This document shows, in pieces, positions 19,458 to 28,872 of a stretch of 41,141 nt of DNA. The notes below the pieces were generated by a model. It did no database searches and had not been told where the DNA came from. It saw only the letters and a program-made list of their open reading frames with translations. A program made the position numbers and the translations under genes. Location: the IMG/VR virus record IMGVR_UViG_2718218171_000006, positions 1 to 41,141 of that record, one strand, 5' to 3'. Source of the DNA: a virus. Taxonomy: Duplodnaviria; Heunggongvirae; Uroviricota; Caudoviricetes. The number at the start of each line of letters is the position of its first letter. The first letter of the stretch is position 1.

Positions 19458-21550
19458 CCTCCGGAAGTCAGCCAGGGGTTAACATCGTCAGTTACTGTTT
19501 TCTTCCGTTTTTGTTTTTTAACAGGCGTGGATACCGGTTCCGGTGAGGGTGACGGTTCGGTACTGTCCGGGACACACTCCAGCCAGGTTTCCCGGCTCGC
19601 CCACTCCGGTGCATCCGGCCAGCGGATCTTTTCGTATCCATGCAGAATGACCAGAGCCTCGGCATACACCATCAGGTCAAAAGCTTCGTTGGCACCGCGA
19701 CCCGGCTTACTCCATTTCCCGTCACTGCTCCGCTCTTCATACGTCAGTTCGTCGTAAAACCAGCTCCCCAGCCAGTCAGGGAAATGCACATAGCCGGGAC
19801 CTGGCGAGTCACGCCATAACGCGTTATTCACCCGGTCTTTCAGTGCATCCGTCTGAAGAAGCCAGAGCGGCACATCACCTGCGGCCTGCGCCCGTCGGCC
19901 CGTTCGTCCGGTGTTATCAGGGAATGTACGGGTGATCAGTTTTGCGCGCCGGATGCTGTCGCCCTTAAACAGGTAAATACGTTTACCAAGGCCATCACGA
20001 CGGCAACGACGCCAGAATTTATAGGCATTATCAGTGACCCCGTCTTCACCGCCGGAGTCCACCGCCATTGCCATCAGTCGCATTTGTTGAGAAGGATCGG
20101 AGGCCAGCGGCCAGCTTTTATGAAAAACATCCGTCAGCAGGACATCCCAGTCTTCCGGATAGCTGGCCGGATCAATTCGCTGGCTCTCCCCGTCGCTGTC
20201 ACCGCGCAATGACTGCGTGATGTTGTAACGATCAATAATCCAGCGTTCGCCACGGCTGCCATAGCCCGTTACCTGAACCACAAAACGGCGATGACGTCCC
20301 GCCTGCACATCCACTGTCGCCACAAGGAAATTAACGCCATCCGGCACACTGCGGGAAGGAACTGGCTCTGCCCGCTGCTCAAGCAGTTCACTTTTTCGTT
20401 GCTCCATGCTGGCACGGGGAAGATAAGGTAATCCCCAGTCGGTATTGATAACCGTCTTGAGTGTTTCTTCACTTCCGGTTGTCTCGTATTCCTGTTCTGC
20501 AGTAAGCAGTTTGTAAACGAGTTGCGAGAGTGTCTGGTAAGCAGCTGCCGGCCCCTCCATCCAGAATGACGCAATACGTGAGCGTCGGGGATCACCATAA
20601 CGACTGCCATCCGCATTGATGGATTCACCATCCCGCAACCAGACCCCACGTCCGTTCAGCTCACGTTTTTGTTCAGGCATAATCCGTCCTGAACAGGAAG
20701 GACACTGAATATAAGCCGCCTCACTTGCCAGCACGGGATCGGCAATATCACGGAAACCAGCAACCACATCGCCGCAGGGCTGAAAATACTCACCACAGTG
20801 TGGACAGGGCCAGTACCAGCGACGGCGATCGCCACGGTTATAGAGCGACAGTATCCCCGTGGTTGGTGGAGCCTCATGCGGTGAAGTCCGTCGCCATTTC
20901 ACATCCTTCACATCCCTGCCGGGGGAACTCTCCACCAGCGTCATACCACTGGACATAAATGTGGTGGTACGTTTTGAGGCAAGAGAGAAGGCATCCCCCT
21001 CGCCATCAATATCTTCCGGAAAACGGTCATAATCCGTCAGCGCCACGCATTTATAATCTGATGAGGACATGATATTGACTGACGGCCAGCCGATTTTCAG
21101 GTAGTTGCCAGCAAGGAATGTTCTGTCATAAACGTTGTTGTCATTTTTGTTCGGACTCAGGCGACTGACCACTTCCGGGCTGACGCGAAACGTTCTGGCA
21201 AGTCGTTTTTTGGAGTGTTCGCGGGCTTTTTCCTCCGTCATCTGAATGATCAGCATATCCGCAGGATCGCAAATCACGTTGTAAATCACCCAGCCGTCAA
21301 TCAGGCCGATAGTCTTGCCGGTTCGTGCCGGACCAACAAATATCACTGCGTCGTATTCACGCGAGGCCAGGCAGTTCATCGGCTCAAGAACATACGGTGC
21401 CACCAGCGGATCCCACGGGACTGAGTTCCCGGCCCCCATGGGCACCCGCATATACTGAGCAACGGCATCAGCAACCCGCATTCGTCTCGGTGCGCGAAGG
21501 ATATAACCTGAATCGGTTCGTGCTGCCTTTGCGGTTTCCTGATTCAGCAT
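19448..21550 (-). CDS. Terminase large subunit (lambda gpA-like)
   Basis: 700 aa; N-terminal ATPase region and position after the small subunit. Confidence 0.9.
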   Translation of the reverse strand: MLNQETAKAARTDSGYILRAPRRMRVADAVAQYMRVPMGAGNSVPWDPLVAPYVLEPMNCLASREYDAVIFVGPARTGKTIGLIDGWVIYNVICDPADMLIIQMTEEKAREHSKKRLARTFRVSPEVVSRLSPNKNDNNVYDRTFLAGNYLKIGWPSVNIMSSSDYKCVALTDYDRFPEDIDGEGDAFSLASKRTTTFMSSGMTLVESSPGRDVKDVKWRRTSPHEAPPTTGILSLYNRGDRRRWYWPCPHCGEYFQPCGDVVAGFRDIADPVLASEAAYIQCPSCSGRIMPEQKRELNGRGVWLRDGESINADGSRYGDPRRSRIASFWMEGPAAAYQTLSQLVYKLLTAEQEYETTGSEETLKTVINTDWGLPYLPRASMEQRKSELLEQRAEPVPSRSVPDGVNFLVATVDVQAGRHRRFVVQVTGYGSRGERWIIDRYNITQSLRGDSDGESQRIDPASYPEDWDVLLTDVFHKSWPLASDPSQQMRLMAMAVDSGGEDGVTDNAYKFWRRCRRDGLGKRIYLFKGDSIRRAKLITRTFPDNTGRTGRRAQAAGDVPLWLLQTDALKDRVNNALWRDSPGPGYVHFPDWLGSWFYDELTYEERSSDGKWSKPGRGANEAFDLMVYAEALVILHGYEKIRWPDAPEWASRETWLECVPDSTEPSPSPEPVSTPVKKQKRKKTVTDDVNPWLTSGGWL

Positions 21551-22044
21551 TACTCCTCCTGCTGTAATTCCTCCTCATCATCCGCACCTGCTTCGGTCAC
21601 CCGCAGGGCTATCTGATCGCGCAGATCATCAATGATGGACTGAACACGGCTCACAGCGGCAGGCTGCAGACCGCAGTCACGTTCCAGAATATCCGGTAAT
21701 GTCTCCAGCACCTGCACGACCGCTTTTGCCCAGATGGCAAACTCCCGTCTGACATCACTGGCCGGAATGAGTTGCGCCGTTTCCTGTTCGAACTTAAGAC
21801 GCTCACGTTCAGACTGATACCAGGCTTTGCGCTCATGCGCGTCCATTTCGCCTTCTGCAACCGGCGGTGGTAATGCCAGAAATGCCGACACAATATCAAC
21901 CACCCGATAAAGCTTGAGGTTGCTTTCATGCCCCCCTGCAACGGGTAGATTTTGCAGCCTTGCCGCAGCAGTCTGGCGATGTACACCTGACAGTGCTGCC
22001 AGTTGACTGATATTCAGCGTCAGATTTTTTAACTCTCGATCCAT
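21550..22044 (-). CDS. Terminase small subunit (Nu1-like, HTH)
   Basis: 164 aa; N-terminal HTH LTLNISQLAALSGVHRQTAAARL; acidic C-terminus; starts ~180 bp from the cos-like site as Nu1 does in lambda. Confidence 0.75.
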   Translation of the reverse strand: MDRELKNLTLNISQLAALSGVHRQTAAARLQNLPVAGGHESNLKLYRVVDIVSAFLALPPPVAEGEMDAHERKAWYQSERERLKFEQETAQLIPASDVRREFAIWAKAVVQVLETLPDILERDCGLQPAAVSRVQSIIDDLRDQIALRVTEAGADDEEELQQEE

Positions 22045-22204
22045 ACCCGCTCCAGAATGTTTTAAACATGCATCTTGCGAACAACTTTAGATAAATGGTG
22101 TTAGCGATGAACAAAAAACAATCAAAATCGACACCAGAAAAATAAAATATCTGTAATATCAATTTATTACAGTTGTGGTGATGACGAATGAAATTTCAAA
22201 AACT

Positions 22205-22240
22205 AGCCTTTTTCCGCGACGCTCCCGCCCCGTGGCAGGC
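22205..22240 (-). other. cos site (cosN-like nicking region)
   Basis: Minus-strand CACGGGGCGGGAGCGTCGCGGAAAAAGGCTAGTTTTTGAAATTT parallels lambda ACGGGGCGGCGACCTCGCGGGTTTTCGCTATTTATGAAAATTT. Confidence 0.6.
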
Positions 22241-22590
22241 CACCCCACAGGGAGGACCCGTCAGCCTGACAGCTCTGACGAACGTCTGATACAGCGCCTT
22301 GCATGAATGGCATCGGGATAATCCAGAAAGACATAGCATCGTGCCCACAAGAATCTGTGTAAGTGTCCTGTTTCTTCCACCCCCGCACAGGACTGGCGAG
22401 CATGAGGGACAAACCCGCGAACCATAAACGCGGTAAAAACCCGGTGTGCATCGTTTTTGATTATTCCCGCACACTCGCGCAGAAGGAGTTCCCCGTCGGG
22501 CTACGGTCTCTGTTAATACGGGAATACGGCGACGATGCGACGCATGATTGTGTCACGATACTGTGTGCTTAATTGATTGGCCCCGGAAAC

Positions 22591-22614
22591 AAAAAAGCCA
22601 GCAATTAAGCTGGC
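22591..22614 (-). terminator. Intrinsic terminator downstream of Rz
   Basis: Hairpin GCCAGC-TTAATT-GCTGGC followed by TTTTTTGTTT on the minus strand. Confidence 0.6.
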
Positions 22615-22618
22615 TCTG

Positions 22619-23056
22619 TTAATTCAGACATTGCGTCCTGATGTACTCCTGCAGGTAGTTAACCTGCGCGGTTATCCTGTCGATTCCACTTCGGAGACGG
22701 TAATAATTGAGTTCAGCATCTGCTGTAAGTCTTGGGCTTTCTCCATCGCCCATGCCGCTGGCTCCGGTCGTTGACTTTGCACAGGTGGCGGCGACTTGCA
22801 GGCGCTTACGCCCAGCAGAAACATCAGCACGGAGACTTTCGATAGTCGCGTTAGCATCAGCAAGCTCCTTTGTATATCTGGCATCGAGTTCAGCTACATT
22901 ACGTTGACGTTTCTGCATGTCAGCGATAATGGATGCGGCCTTATCGCGCTGTTCTTTGTAGGCGATGGCGTTATCACGGTAATGATTAACAGCCCATGAC
23001 AGGCAGGCGATGATACAAATAACCAGAGCGGAGATAATCGCGGTTACTCTGCTCAT
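22619..23056 (-). CDS. Rz: Spanin inner-membrane subunit Rz
   Basis: N-terminus [31 protein letters not shown] matches lambda Rz. Confidence 0.9.
   Translation of the reverse strand: MSRVTAIISALVICIIACLSWAVNHYRDNAIAYKEQRDKAASIIADMQKRQRNVAELDARYTKELADANATIESLRADVSAGRKRLQVAATCAKSTTGASGMGDGESPRLTADAELNYYRLRSGIDRITAQVNYLQEYIRTQCLN
22672..22857 (-). CDS. Rz1: Spanin outer-membrane lipoprotein subunit Rz1 (embedded in Rz, +1 frame)
   Basis: Start at [20 protein letters not shown] with lipobox VSAC, followed by a Pro-rich mature peptide. Confidence 0.75.
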   Translation of the reverse strand: MLTRLSKVSVLMFLLGVSACKSPPPVQSQRPEPAAWAMEKAQDLQQMLNSIITVSEVESTG

Positions 23057-23529
23057 ACCTCAATCTCTCTGACCGTTCCGCCTGCTTCTTTGAATTTTGC
23101 AATCAGGCTGTCAACTTTATGCTCGAACTGACCATAACCAGCGCCCGGTAGTGAAGCCCAGATATTGCTGCAACGGTCGATAGCCTGACGAATATCACCG
23201 CGATCAATCATCGGTAAAGCGCCACGCTCTTTAATCTGCTGCAGAGCTACAGCGTCCTGGCTTTCTGGAGAAAAATCTTTCAGGCCAAGCTGTTTACGGT
23301 AAGCATCCCACCAGCGTGAAAGAAGCTGGTAACGTCCGGCGGCTGTTGATTTGAGTTTGGGGTTTAGCGTGACAAGTTTGCGAGGATGATCGGAGTAATC
23401 CGTGAATAACTCACCACCTACAATAACGTCGTAGCCGTGATTGCGGGTTGGCTGCCGCCCGTTATCCGTTCCTTCTGACCACGCCAACATATCGAGGAAA
23501 GCTTTACGCTGGGAATTTAGTACCTGCAT
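23053..23529 (-). CDS. R: Endolysin R (lytic transglycosylase)
   Basis: 158 aa; ...[46 protein letters not shown] matches lambda R. Confidence 0.95.
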   Translation of the reverse strand: MQVLNSQRKAFLDMLAWSEGTDNGRQPTRNHGYDVIVGGELFTDYSDHPRKLVTLNPKLKSTAAGRYQLLSRWWDAYRKQLGLKDFSPESQDAVALQQIKERGALPMIDRGDIRQAIDRCSNIWASLPGAGYGQFEHKVDSLIAKFKEAGGTVREIEV

Positions 23530-23532
23530 AAA

Positions 23533-23868
23533 TTACTCCTTAGAGCCACCAAACTTGTTACCGATTACTCGCATTGCAGCCCCACGAATAGCATCGACAC
23601 CGATCAGCCCCACGCCGCCACCAATGGCAACAGAAAGTGATTTAGGCCATCCGACATACTCAAGAGCGGATGCAAAGGTCAGCGTCAGAGCGCCACAGAG
23701 CAAAATCTCGAGCGTTTTTCGCTTCCAGCCACCACCACCGCCAAAATAGGCGATGCGCAAACCAGCCATAACGATCGACATAATCACTGCACCCAGCGGC
23801 GTGTCTCCACGCCACCAGCTCTGAAACAACTCCAGCCAGTCCGGCCAGGTATTTGGGTTATGAGGCAT
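23533..23868 (-). CDS. Putative holin (longer form possible from GTG at 23964)
   Basis: Small protein with 2-3 TM segments immediately upstream of R; ATG at 23868 gives 111 aa; not the lambda S sequence. Confidence 0.55.
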   Translation of the reverse strand: MPHNPNTWPDWLELFQSWWRGDTPLGAVIMSIVMAGLRIAYFGGGGGWKRKTLEILLCGALTLTFASALEYVGWPKSLSVAIGGGVGLIGVDAIRGAAMRVIGNKFGGSKE

Positions 23869-23944
23869 TTCGTCATCTCTCACCTCGCGATATTTGCGGG
23901 TGCTGTGTTGGAAATAAAAAGGCCACGCAACGTGGCCACCAGAA

Positions 23945-24997
23945 TTATTTCCCCACCAGTTCACTTACCTCTTTCACCGTCTGATTAAACCGCTCTGACT
24001 CAAGTTCAACACCTAACGCCCGACGCCCCAGCGCCATTGCTGCTTTTATTGTGGAACCGGATCCCATAAAGAAATCAGCAACCAGATCACCAGGTCGACT
24101 ACTGGCATTGATTATTTGCCGGAGCATATCCGCCGGTTTCTCGCACGGATGTTTACCCGGGTAGAACTGAACGGGCTTATGCGTCCAGACATCGGTATAA
24201 GGCACGGAGACTGATACGGAGAAATAGCGCCGGAGAGATTTAAACTCATCCAGCAATTCAGAATATTTGCGATTCAGTGAATCATAAGATGCCACCAGCT
24301 GGTGGTGTGGTTGTTCCAGTTGTTGTTCCTGAAACTTCTCTGCCGCTACACGGGAAAACAGTGCCTGTAACTTCCGATAGTCAGCCTCATTCGGCAACTG
24401 CCACTGACTGGCACCAAACCAGTGGGAAACCATATTTTTCTTACCTGTGGCTTCGGCAATTTGTTTTGCCGTTATACCCAGTTCGGCACGAGCATCCCTG
24501 AAATACGATATCAGCGGTGCCATTATGTGCTGTTTGAGTTCCCTTTCTTTTGCCGCATAGCCATCACTTTTGCCACGATATGGCCCCTGGTAATGTTCAG
24601 CAAACAGAACGCGCTCTGTGGCAGGAAAATATGCGCGCAGACTTTCTTTATTACACCCATTCCAACGTCCGGACGGCTTCGCCCAGATGATATGGTTAAG
24701 CACGTTGAAACGTTCACGCATCATGATCTCAATATCAGATGCCAGGCGATGCCCACAGAACAGGTAAAGGCTTCCGGCAGGTTTCAACACCCGCCAGAAC
24801 TGGGCCAGACAGTGGTTCAGCCACTTAAGGTAATCTTCGTCCCCTTTCCACTGATTGTCCCAGCCGTTGGGTTTCACCTTGAAGTACGGCGGATCGGTAA
24901 CAATCAGGTCAATGGAATCATCAGGCAGGGAATGAATAAAATGCAGGCAATCAGCGTTGATTAAATCAACACTGTTTATTTTTACAGTATTTTTCAT
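23945..24997 (-). CDS. DNA methyltransferase, beta-class N6-adenine/N4-cytosine type
   Basis: 350 aa; DPPY motif near the N-terminus (LIVTDPPYFKV) and FxGSGST AdoMet motif near the C-terminus (DFFMGSGSTIKAA). Confidence 0.85.
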   Translation of the reverse strand: MKNTVKINSVDLINADCLHFIHSLPDDSIDLIVTDPPYFKVKPNGWDNQWKGDEDYLKWLNHCLAQFWRVLKPAGSLYLFCGHRLASDIEIMMRERFNVLNHIIWAKPSGRWNGCNKESLRAYFPATERVLFAEHYQGPYRGKSDGYAAKERELKQHIMAPLISYFRDARAELGITAKQIAEATGKKNMVSHWFGASQWQLPNEADYRKLQALFSRVAAEKFQEQQLEQPHHQLVASYDSLNRKYSELLDEFKSLRRYFSVSVSVPYTDVWTHKPVQFYPGKHPCEKPADMLRQIINASSRPGDLVADFFMGSGSTIKAAMALGRRALGVELESERFNQTVKEVSELVGK

Positions 24998-25147
24998 GGA
25001 TCAGTAAGCGTAACTCTGGTAGGCTCACTCTGCTTTTGCGCTAAAGCAGTGGGCCGTGGTTCGCTTGTGACCAGTAAGCATGAGCGAATGGCTGGCAGGT
25101 GCTACCAACACCCACCAGCCGCCCATTTTCACAGCAGGAAACCGCCA

Positions 25148-25351
25148 TTACTGGCAGCGTCTGAATTTATTCCCGTACCCGCCGTTATCCTTCGCCAGCC
25201 CCGCCAGAACTAACTGAGTCAGTATTAACTGGCACCGGGCTTCGCTTACTCCGGTAGTTCTCGTCATCATGCGTGGCGTTACCCACTTGTCAGCAGGTAA
25301 GAAATGAAGGACTGCGGCGGCGGTTTCTGTCATATCTTGCTGTTTTAGCAT
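25148..25351 (-). CDS. Hypothetical small protein, possible winged-helix DNA-binding fold
   Basis: 67 aa from ATG 25351 with AAGGG RBS; ORF extends to 25375; no family recognised. Confidence 0.35.
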   Translation of the reverse strand: MLKQQDMTETAAAVLHFLPADKWVTPRMMTRTTGVSEARCQLILTQLVLAGLAKDNGGYGNKFRRCQ

Positions 25352-25473
25352 GTCTTTTTCCCTTCTGGTTAACATGACATACCAATAACTCTTGTCTAAA
25401 AAGCCAGCAAGATAAAAAGTCAGTATTCACGACCACCAGCGTGTTTACTGTACTGCACCAAGTTTACAGGTAC

Positions 25474-25495
25474 AAAAAACCCGCTCAGTGGCGGG
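25474..25495 (-). terminator. Intrinsic terminator downstream of the lipoprotein moron (copy A of duplicated hairpin)
   Basis: Minus-strand CCCGC-CACTGA-GCGGG followed by TTTTTT. Confidence 0.5.
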
Positions 25496-25574
25496 TTGCT
25501 ATCACAGCTATATATTTACTTATTATTCCGTTACTAACATTTATCTTCGACATATAATCGAAAACAAGGTTTAC

Positions 25575-26000
25575 TTAAAACTCTGCTTTCATTTTATCCG
25601 GGAATTTTTTATTTGCAGCATAATAACTACCAAGTACATAAGCGTTCATTTGCTGCTCTACATCAACCCGACATGCCGCACTAGAACAAGCTCCACTGAT
25701 AAGCCCAAAAGAACTCCCTTTAGCAGAGAGATCAGCTTTGATTTCCTCTACAGTGTTTTTCCCCATAGCAACTACACACCCTGTCACAATATATCTAGCC
25801 TTCACATCATCCATGCTAAGGATAGTAGTTTTCGCAATTTTGCTGTATCCATCATTTTTATAAACATCCATGGCAAACGCACGGCAATCTGTATAATACG
25901 GACTTGCTTTAACTTGCGAATACTCAGGTAATTTCATACCTGCGCAACCAACTAAACAAAAACCTATCGCTGCTATTAATACCTTTTTCATTACAGTCAT
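25575..26000 (-). CDS. Moron-encoded lipoprotein, function unknown
   Basis: Signal peptide MKKVLIAAIGFCLVGC with lipobox; hand-counted 60-nt stretch ~30% GC; lies between Q/tR' and the lysis genes. Confidence 0.7.
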   Translation of the reverse strand: MTVMKKVLIAAIGFCLVGCAGMKLPEYSQVKASPYYTDCRAFAMDVYKNDGYSKIAKTTILSMDDVKARYIVTGCVVAMGKNTVEEIKADLSAKGSSFGLISGACSSAACRVDVEQQMNAYVLGSYYAANKKFPDKMKAEF

Positions 26001-26149
26001 AACCTAGAAGCATCATTGAAACTAATTTATTAAATAATCATCGAGTTTCTGGAATACAGACGTTAACCATCTCTCCAAAATCTAAAAGATAATAAGAAAA
26101 AATGTTTAACGCACCAATCCATTTCATAGTTTCATGAGACATCAGGCAC

Positions 26150-26172
26150 AAAAAAACCCGCTCAGCGGCGGG
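26150..26172 (-). terminator. tR'-like intrinsic terminator of the late leader (copy B of duplicated hairpin)
   Basis: Minus-strand CCCGC-CGCTGA-GCGGG followed by TTTTTTT, ~40 nt downstream of the predicted late promoter. Confidence 0.55.
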
Positions 26173-26220
26173 TTTTTGACATTTACCAACGGTAGACATA
26201 CAAGGCCCATCGTTGAGAAA

Positions 26221-26249
26221 ATCTTATCCATATTTTTTGAAAAATGCAA
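26221..26249 (-). promoter_or_regulatory. Putative Q-dependent late promoter pR'
   Basis: Minus-strand TTGCAT(-35)-17 nt-TAAGAT(-10) just downstream of the Q stop. Confidence 0.4.
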
Positions 26250-26280
26250 GCATCACGTCGACATCTTCGGCGAAAATTAT

Positions 26281-27033
26281 CTATCTTGTCACTTTTCTCA
26301 ATTGCGATTCAGCATACGCTTCTTCCTGCCAGCACTTTGTAACCAGTTTATTAATAACGTCTGCATATCCTTTGTACCACTGATAATCCGTCAGGTCCGG
26401 TACCAGTTTCTGGACATGATGCCGCGCCAGTGTGGTTGGTAAACGGCTAAACCGGTTGCCATTGCAACGCCCACAAATCTTATAAACAGGCACACCATGA
26501 AGCCGGGTTCTTTTTTCATCCAGGACAATACCTTTACCCTTACACCCTCTGCACGCTGTGCTGACTTCTCCCTTACCATGGCAATGCTGACATAGTTCCT
26601 TCACCCACTCTTCCTTGATAACAGATTCCCCGCTTCTGGAGTGTTTCACCACTTCGCGCAATACATTATGAAATCCAGTACCAGCACAATGCTCACAGCG
26701 AGCCTTACTTGCCGCAGACCTGGAATAATCAGCAAAGGCAAAATTCACAAGGTAAGGGATGATCTGTAACCGGGTTTCTTCACTCAATTTGTTCAATGTC
26801 GGGTTATCCAGTGCCATCGCGTAATTGAGCAGACCTTCAATCGCAAATTGAGGATCCTGAACACCAACTTTTGCCAGGAATAAGGCAAACCCAAGCGGTG
26901 CTTTCGACTGCACCATCCCCTGCGCAGCCATCACATCCGTAATCGTTAAACCACCTGAGCCTGTCGCCGGTGCGTCATCGCTCAATTTTGGAGATTTTGG
27001 GGAGTAATATTTTGGTAAGGCTTCAAGGTTCAT
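26281..27033 (-). CDS. Late antiterminator Q-like protein (zinc-finger type)
   Basis: Start at MNLEALPKYYSPKSP...; Cys/His clusters CEHCAGTG, CQHCHGKG, CRGCKGKG, CGRCNGN; position immediately upstream of pR'/lysis genes. Confidence 0.75.
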   Translation of the reverse strand: MNLEALPKYYSPKSPKLSDDAPATGSGGLTITDVMAAQGMVQSKAPLGFALFLAKVGVQDPQFAIEGLLNYAMALDNPTLNKLSEETRLQIIPYLVNFAFADYSRSAASKARCEHCAGTGFHNVLREVVKHSRSGESVIKEEWVKELCQHCHGKGEVSTACRGCKGKGIVLDEKRTRLHGVPVYKICGRCNGNRFSRLPTTLARHHVQKLVPDLTDYQWYKGYADVINKLVTKCWQEEAYAESQLRKVTR

Positions 27034-27046
27034 GCTCGTTCTCCAC

Positions 27047-28042
27047 TTACGCCAGTACGCCAATTGCCAGCGCACGATCGATAAAACGAAATATCAGCTC
27101 CAGCTGAGAGCCATACTTCTCTTCAAATGCCACGGTATCCGCATGCAGCTCGTCGTGATGCTTTCTGCACAAAGGCAACACAAAGAGGTCATGCGCTTTT
27201 GTACCCATTCCACCCTGACCGTGGCCTATCAGGTGGTGGGGATCATCAGCAGGCTTTCCACAACATGCACACGGCTGTGTCTTAACCCAGCGCGTGTACT
27301 TTTCATTAACCCAGCGGCGACGTTTTGGGCGTAACATAAAAGACTCCGGCGACTCCGGATCCACTTTCAGCGCCAGCACCTTTTTCGCCTTATCCTGGAT
27401 GATGCTGGTGGCAGGAACCGAAGGCACAAGGTCACTTTCCCGGGTAACAGACGGCACAACAGGCTTCGGTAATCTCAGTGCCTTACGGGCTGCACTTTCC
27501 GGTAAGGCATCCGCCAGATCATTACGAATCAGCCACCAGCACAGTTCCGGCATTGTCACAACGTGACTGTCATCAAAACCGAGATCCCGACGCACAACAG
27601 ACAACACCCAGCGGGCACAGTTATCCGTTGCCATTGATTCCAGCCGTTCCGTGAACTGATCGCGCAGCTGGTTATCGCAGTGCCAGCACAGACGGATTGC
27701 ACCCGGCGCGTGTCGCATTGTGGTCATGTTCTCGCTGTGCCAGTCGGAATGAGGCCACTGGCAGCCTTTTTCACGAAGTAACCAGCTTTCAAGACATTCC
27801 ACGCCACCAGCACGACGGATCACTGCCTCATTGCGGAACACGGCCCGAACGGCAGGATCATCCGCCAGCGGTTGTGATGCCGCCGGAACGGCACCACTGG
27901 CGAAAGATGAATAACGCTCCGGCTCAGGCTCCAGCAGGACACGCCCCTGCATAAACAGGGGCATCAGCTCTGAACCTGGCCTGAACAATACGATCCCCAT
28001 ACGCGGGGCAATTTCAGGGGTCAGTAGTGCTCTCACGGTCAC
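27047..28042 (-). CDS. DUF968-family phage protein (YdfU-like) with C-terminal His/Cys cluster
   Basis: 331 aa; C-terminus CACCGKPADDPHHLIGHGQGG...CRKHHDELH; nin-region position. Confidence 0.55.
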   Translation of the reverse strand: MTVRALLTPEIAPRMGIVLFRPGSELMPLFMQGRVLLEPEPERYSSFASGAVPAASQPLADDPAVRAVFRNEAVIRRAGGVECLESWLLREKGCQWPHSDWHSENMTTMRHAPGAIRLCWHCDNQLRDQFTERLESMATDNCARWVLSVVRRDLGFDDSHVVTMPELCWWLIRNDLADALPESAARKALRLPKPVVPSVTRESDLVPSVPATSIIQDKAKKVLALKVDPESPESFMLRPKRRRWVNEKYTRWVKTQPCACCGKPADDPHHLIGHGQGGMGTKAHDLFVLPLCRKHHDELHADTVAFEEKYGSQLELIFRFIDRALAIGVLA

Positions 28043-28043
28043 C

Positions 28044-28853
28044 TCAATGAACGGTATCGAGCAGCTTTAACAGCTCAGGGAATCGGGATTCGAAGAAATG
28101 CGGCTGCGTCTCGCGCGGATTTGCGGGACTGGTGATGTTCTTGCCGAACATGCAACCTTTCGCTGTCAGCGACCAGAATTTTTTGATGTTGTTAATCGCG
28201 GTACGGCTGTATCGTTCGCGCTGCTCGACGATCCCCAGTTTCACCATCTGGTGATATGCCTGATTAGCCGTCAGGCGTATACCATACTGTTTCAGCAGTG
28301 CACTCAGTGACAGTGTCGGGCGACTTGAGCCATCGTGTGCATCAGCAGGAGCATCAATGGCATAGCGCGGTGCCAGATTCGGTAAACCAACAGCCTCCTG
28401 GAGTTTCTGACAGGCACCAAGCACTGAAGAGTTAGACAGGTTTAACTCCCGGCGCATAAAGTCCAGCAGGATCACGCCAGCCTGCATCTTGTCAGCAGCC
28501 TGTCCGGATAATTTTTCCGGTGCGCTGGTTACCATATCGAAAGTACGGATCACCTTCAGATGGAATGACGGGCTGATCCACATTGCATAGGCATACACCA
28601 GTTCCTTGCAGACATACGTTCCCCGTTCATTTCCCCCATGAATCACACTCACCGGGTCAACACCCAAATTCTGGGTGTTGGTCAATTCATGAACAAGCTC
28701 AACAGTTTGTTGGCTGGAAAGAAACTTTCCCGGCTCCTTGGTTCTGGCATTTGCACCAGATGCTACTGCTGCGCGATGCAGATCGTTCAGGCTGTAACGC
28801 CCATAAGCATCACGACGAACTTCAATACCATCAATGACCATCAGATTATTCAT
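28044..28853 (-). CDS. KilA-N domain protein
   Basis: Start at MNNLMVIDGIEVRRDAYGRYSLNDLHRAA (KilA-N-like N-terminus). Confidence 0.55.
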   Translation of the reverse strand: MNNLMVIDGIEVRRDAYGRYSLNDLHRAAVASGANARTKEPGKFLSSQQTVELVHELTNTQNLGVDPVSVIHGGNERGTYVCKELVYAYAMWISPSFHLKVIRTFDMVTSAPEKLSGQAADKMQAGVILLDFMRRELNLSNSSVLGACQKLQEAVGLPNLAPRYAIDAPADAHDGSSRPTLSLSALLKQYGIRLTANQAYHQMVKLGIVEQRERYSRTAINNIKKFWSLTAKGCMFGKNITSPANPRETQPHFFESRFPELLKLLDTVH

Positions 28854-28872
28854 ACTTCGTTTCTCCTCTTGA

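Noticed and set aside
19527-21424. Several 60-130 aa ORFs on the plus strand within the terminase large-subunit region
   Set aside because: Antisense or embedded in a gene with clear homology; no independent support.
22140-22165. Possible LexA/SOS box (CTGT...ACAG) near cos and at 25450..25470
   Set aside because: Spacing is CTGT-N14-ACAG, not the CTGT-N8-ACAG consensus; no convincing SOS box found by eye in the window.
22196-22572. Small ORFs (92, 82 and 69 aa) between Rz and the terminase gene
   Set aside because: Overlap the cos-like site and its flanks, with weak or no RBS; more likely non-coding packaging-signal DNA. A short cargo gene cannot be excluded.
24998-25147. Possible tRNA gene between the late methyltransferase and upstream ORF
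   Set aside because: No T-arm consensus (GGTTCGAATCC-like) or cloverleaf-compatible pairing on either strand.
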